Shown in pieces: positions 60,915-64,000 of a stretch of 64,000 bases of DNA. Each line of letters begins with the position of its first letter. The stretch's first letter is position 1. Under the pieces are notes generated by a model. The model worked only from the letters and a program-made list of their open reading frames with translations, was not told the origin of the DNA and searched no databases. This DNA comes from Bryobacterales bacterium (GTDB taxonomy: Bacteria; Acidobacteriota; Terriglobia; Bryobacterales; UBA6623): contig CAXWPI010000005.1 of NCBI GenBank assembly GCA_963668345.2, positions 95,561 to 159,560 on the forward strand. The letters are read 5' to 3'. The position numbers were made by a program, and so were the translations under genes.

Positions 60915-61004
60915 GTAAAGTACGTTGAGCACGGTAAGCAAGCGCGACGAAGTCATGGCGGGCCTATCGTGTGCTTCGACCGTCAGCTGGTGAGAAATGC
61001 GGGC
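60915..61004 (+). repeat. Type B repeat, right part of the interrupted copy
   Basis: ACGTTGAGCACGGTAAGCAAGCGCGACG...GTGTGCTTCGACCGTCAGCTGGTGAGAAATGCGGGC is followed by TA. Confidence 0.75.
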
Positions 61005-61008
61005 TAGG

Positions 61009-62033
61009 TGTGACCTTTCAACACGTTGTTCATTCGGTCCCGGACCGGGGAAGCTGGAGTTGTCGAACAACAACGACCCTGGAGAGACCGAATGAACATC
61101 CATCAGAATGCCCGATTGACGCCTAAAGGTCGAGCCCTTCTGGTTCGACGCATCCTCGCTGGGGAGACCCCGCCGGCTGCCGCGGCGGCCGGCGGGGTCT
61201 CCGAGCGCACCGCCCGCCGTTGGCTCGCCCGCTACCGCAGCGAAGGCGAAGCTGGTCTCGACGATCGCTCTTCGCGTCCCCGTCATAGCCCGCGGCGCAC
61301 CCCGCAGACCGTCGTCGACCGCGTCGTCGCCCTGCGCCGTCAACGTTGGACGGGCCGCCGCATCGCCCGCACCGTCGGCGTATCGCCGGCCACCGTCAGC
61401 CGCCTCCTCCGTCGCGCCGGACTCAACCGTCTCCGCGATCTCGAACCCGCCCCCCCCGTTCGCCGCTACGAGCACCACGCTCCCGGCGAACGGCTCCCTC
61501 TCGACATCAAAAAACTCGGCCGCTTCCAGCGCGCCGGCCACCGCGTTACCGGCGACAAGACCCGACGCTCTCGCGCCGCCGGCTGGGAGTTCGTCCACGT
61601 CGCCGTCGACGACCATTCCCGCATCGCCTTCTCCCAGATCCTGCCCGATGAGCGCAGCCGCTCGGCCGTGGAGTTCCTCCACGCCGCCGTGGCCTACTAT
61701 CACTCGCTCGGCGTAGGCATCCGACGCCTCCTCACCGACAACGGCTCCTGTTATCGCTCCCGCGCCTTCCGCCAGACTGGCCGCCGCCTGGGCATTCGCC
61801 ACCGCTTCACACGGCCCTACACCCCCCGCACCAACGGCAAGGCCGAGCGCTTCATCCAAACTGCCCTCCGCGCAGGGGCCTACGCCCGCTGCTACCTTTC
61901 CTCCCCACACCGCGCCGCCCATCTCCACCCCTGGCTCCACGACTACAACTGGCATCGCCCCCACGCCAGCCTCGGCTATAATTCTCCTATCAGCCGCCCC
62001 CCCCTCCTCGGAACAACCTGTTGAGGCTCCACA
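61009..62033 (+). mobile_element. IS481-family insertion sequence (about 1025 bp)
   Basis: The terminal inverted repeats are TGTGACCTTTCAACACGTTGTTC and GAACAACCTGTTGAGGCTCCACA (about 17/24). The flanks are GCTAGG on the left and GCTAGC on the right. Confidence 0.8.
61092..62024 (+). CDS. IS481-family transposase (HTH + rve/DDE integrase core)
   Basis: MNIHQNARLTPKGRALLVRR..., WEFVHVAVDDHSR, LLTDNGSCYRS, TRPYTPRTNGKAERF. The track ORF starts at TTG 61026. Confidence 0.9.
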   Translation: MNIHQNARLTPKGRALLVRRILAGETPPAAAAAGGVSERTARRWLARYRSEGEAGLDDRSSRPRHSPRRTPQTVVDRVVALRRQRWTGRRIARTVGVSPATVSRLLRRAGLNRLRDLEPAPPVRRYEHHAPGERLPLDIKKLGRFQRAGHRVTGDKTRRSRAAGWEFVHVAVDDHSRIAFSQILPDERSRSAVEFLHAAVAYYHSLGVGIRRLLTDNGSCYRSRAFRQTGRRLGIRHRFTRPYTPRTNGKAERFIQTALRAGAYARCYLSSPHRAAHLHPWLHDYNWHRPHASLGYNSPISRPPLLGTTC

Positions 62034-62061
62034 GCTAGCCCGCGATGCCTTCAAAGCCCAA

Positions 62062-62400
62062 GTGGCGACGACACCCGGTGCGGAGTGCTTGTTTCCGACG
62101 CCGCGAAGCGGATCGAAGAGGCCGTACGTTGGAAGTTTGAAGAAGATCTGCGCGTCGACGCTGAAGCGGGCGAAGGTAGACTACTTCCCCGTGTACCATT
62201 TGCGGCATACCTTCGCCACGAGGCTCAGCGCCGGCGGCGTGGCGGAGCACCTTGTAACCCCGATGCCGCGGCAGGCCGACTCACAGGTGTTCAAGCGGTA
62301 CAGTCACGCGAAGTTGAATATGATGCGAGAGGCTCTCCAGCAACTCGATCGCCAAGCCAAGGAACGCGTAGGGACTTTTGACACACCAAAGCTCCACTGA
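62062..62400 (+). pseudogene. C-terminal remnant of a tyrosine recombinase (phage-type integrase)
   Basis: YHLRHTFATRLSAGG (the HxLRHT box) and KRYSHAK (catalytic Tyr region) are present. Only about 112-120 codons remain, starting at the IS481 boundary, and the N-terminal and core-binding domains are absent. Confidence 0.7.
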
Positions 62401-62503
62401 TAACTTTTGGGCACGCTTTTTGGCGCACTTGGTAACGCAGATCACACTTGCATAAGTCATGGGAGCTGATGGAAGAATGGGAGGCAAAGGAGTTGTAGTT
62501 TAT

Positions 62504-62580
62504 GGGCGCGTAGCTCAGTTGGTTAGAGCGCCTGCTTCACACGCAGGAGGTCCCCAGTTCGAGTCTGGGCGCGCCCACCA
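62504..62580 (+). tRNA. tRNA-Val (anticodon CAC), CCA encoded
   Basis: The cloverleaf was folded by hand. The acceptor GGGCGCG/CGCGCCC, D stem GCTC/GAGC, anticodon stem CCTGC/GCAGG and T stem CCCAG/CTGGG all pair. The anticodon loop is TTCACAC, the T loop is TTCGAGT, and the 3-prime end is ACCA. Confidence 0.93.
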
Positions 62581-63028
62581 TTGTTTTCAATAACTTACGG
62601 CCGTTTTCAGCCCATGTGAAAAAGCCACTGTAGACGATTTTGTAGCTGTTCAAAGCACCTCAGATCAACACGCAAGCTCAACAACAGGCGATCGAGCCTG
62701 ACGCCCCGTTGAATCACCATTGAATTCGGCCCTGCTGGTCGCCGATCGAGAGAAGCCGCCCGTGCAATCTCGGAACGGCCGTCGCAGGTGTTGATTAGCG
62801 GCACCAAACTATCGAGGACGACAGGATCAGCCTCCAACGCGGTCCAAGAAATCGCGTTATCGGCCCCGCCTCAGGTCCCTCAGAAGCTTGTCGAAGGGGT
62901 AGAACACCCTAGGATCAAGGCCCTGGCGGTGCTCCTATCGGATAGCTCAACGGAAGGCTTATTTTCGCGCTCCCGGCGGGCTTCACCACGTCGGATCCTT
63001 TCCGTCGTTCCCCGGATGGGCCATCACA

Positions 63029-64000
63029 CTACTCTTCGGCAATGCAGTAGAGGTTTCGCTGCCCCCGCAGAAACAGTTCGCCGCCAGCGACGGCGGCCGA
63101 GGCGCTGAAGCTGTCGTCGAGCCGGTTGACCGCCAGCATCTTGGGTAGGCTAGCGTGACTCATCACGAGCGTTGTTCCGTGGCGATCGGTGATGTAAAGG
63201 CGGTTGGCGGCACCCACCGGTGAGGCGTACACGTTGCGGATGCCGCCGAGTCGAAACGGGCCGGTCCGCTCTTCACCGGTCTTAGCGTCCACGCGTGAAA
63301 GGATCCCCTGGTAGTGATGGAGGAAGTAGAGCGAGTCTCCATACAGCAATGGCGATGGGACGTAGGGCGTGCCTCGTCTGCGGCTCCACACGACCTGGTC
63401 GGTGCCGGTGATGTCGCCCTTGGCACCGTCGAGGCGTATGGCAAGCATGGCCCGCGTGTCGTAGCTGCTGGCGGCGTACACCATGCCGTCCGCCGAAACG
63501 GGTGTCGCGACGACGTTAGCCGACAGCCCGCCACATTCCCATATGACGTTGCCGGTGACCAGATCGTAGCCTCGAACGCGATTGGTGCCGCTGATGATGA
63601 GCTGCGGTTTGCCGCCGTGCTCGACCACGATCGGTGTTGCCCACGACGTGACCTCTTCCCGCGCTACCCTCCATCGCTCGTCACCGGTCCGTTTGTCGAA
63701 GGCAATCACAAATGACCGGCCTTCGTGATCCCAGTTGATGATCACCGTGTCGCCATGGAGCGCTGGTGAACTACCCTCGCCGTGCGCGTGCTTGGTCTGC
63801 ATCTCACCGAGGTCTGCTTTCCACTGCAGCTCGCCGTCCAGATCGAGGGCGTAGATCCCACGCGAGCCGAAGAACGCGAAAACATGCTCGCCATCGGTGA
63901 CCGGCGAGTGGGATGCAAAGGTTCCGCTTAAATGACCACCCTCGTGCGGCACTTCCGTATGGAGCGTCCGCTGCCAGAGGATCTTCCCCTCGCGGCGGCT
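63029..64000 (-). CDS. PQQ-like beta-propeller repeat protein (partial; N-terminus beyond window end)
   Basis: The track starts it at 63952, but the frame stays open to base 64000 (..GKILWQRTLHTEVPHEGG). It shows repeated propeller-blade patterns (GIYALDLDGELQW, RVRGYDLVTGNVIW, LYFLHHYQGILSRVDAKTGE). Confidence 0.8.
   Translation of the reverse strand, partial: SRREGKILWQRTLHTEVPHEGGHLSGTFASHSPVTDGEHVFAFFGSRGIYALDLDGELQWKADLGEMQTKHAHGEGSSPALHGDTVIINWDHEGRSFVIAFDKRTGDERWRVAREEVTSWATPIVVEHGGKPQLIISGTNRVRGYDLVTGNVIWECGGLSANVVATPVSADGMVYAASSYDTRAMLAIRLDGAKGDITGTDQVVWSRRRGTPYVPSPLLYGDSLYFLHHYQGILSRVDAKTGEERTGPFRLGGIRNVYASPVGAANRLYITDRHGTTLVMSHASLPKMLAVNRLDDSFSASAAVAGGELFLRGQRNLYCIAEE

Noticed and set aside
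60813-62054. 413-aa minus-strand ORF
   Set aside because: It is antisense to the IS481 transposase and runs through repeat sequence. Its N-terminal and C-terminal parts are repeat-derived peptides.
62504-62580. att-site direct repeat of the tRNA-Val 3-prime end elsewhere in the window
   Set aside because: I found no second copy of TTCGAGTCTGGGCGCGCCCACCA on visual inspection, so island borders cannot be claimed from this window.
62607-62837. 76-aa ORF downstream of tRNA-Val, and 62788..63108 on the other strand
   Set aside because: There are no recognisable motifs or RBS, and the competing frames overlap. The region is treated as a non-coding or decayed segment.

Overview
High-GC bacterial chromosomal segment. 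The gene content (PSCyt/DUF1549/DUF1553 plus DUF1501 pair, cytochrome c fusions, Tat-exported molybdoenzyme) suggests an Acidobacteriota- or PVC-like organism, but this cannot be settled from the sequence alone. The core is housekeeping. An uninterrupted minus-strand str-S10-spc-alpha ribosomal superoperon runs rpsL to rplQ (33383..53756, 35 genes including tuf, fusA, secY, adk, map, infA, rpoA). Other housekeeping genes are uvrB, class II ribonucleotide reductase nrdJ, rpsA, an argD-like aminotransferase, lepB, a mannose-1-P guanylyltransferase, pterin carbinolamine dehydratase, two tandem S41 C-terminal processing peptidases and a SurA/PrsA-like PPIase. Accessory content includes a vapBC toxin-antitoxin pair, an IS630-family element with an apparent -1 frameshift site, and an IS481-family element next to an integrase remnant and tRNA-Val(CAC). 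It also includes several gene remnants, a PaoABC-like periplasmic molybdo-flavoprotein operon, and three uncharacterised secreted or Cys-rich genes. The feature least explained by ordinary annotation is that almost every long intergenic gap is filled by a modular network of short interspersed repeats. Some of these are MITE-like (194-bp and 159-bp units with terminal inverted repeats and TA flanks) and are joined to each other and to both IS elements at TA/CTAG junctions. I found no CRISPR array, prophage or recognisable defence island. Four genes missing or mis-started in the supplied ORF track were recovered by hand (DUF1501 at the window edge, rpmJ, rpmD, rplW), and many track ORFs have over-extended N-termini.
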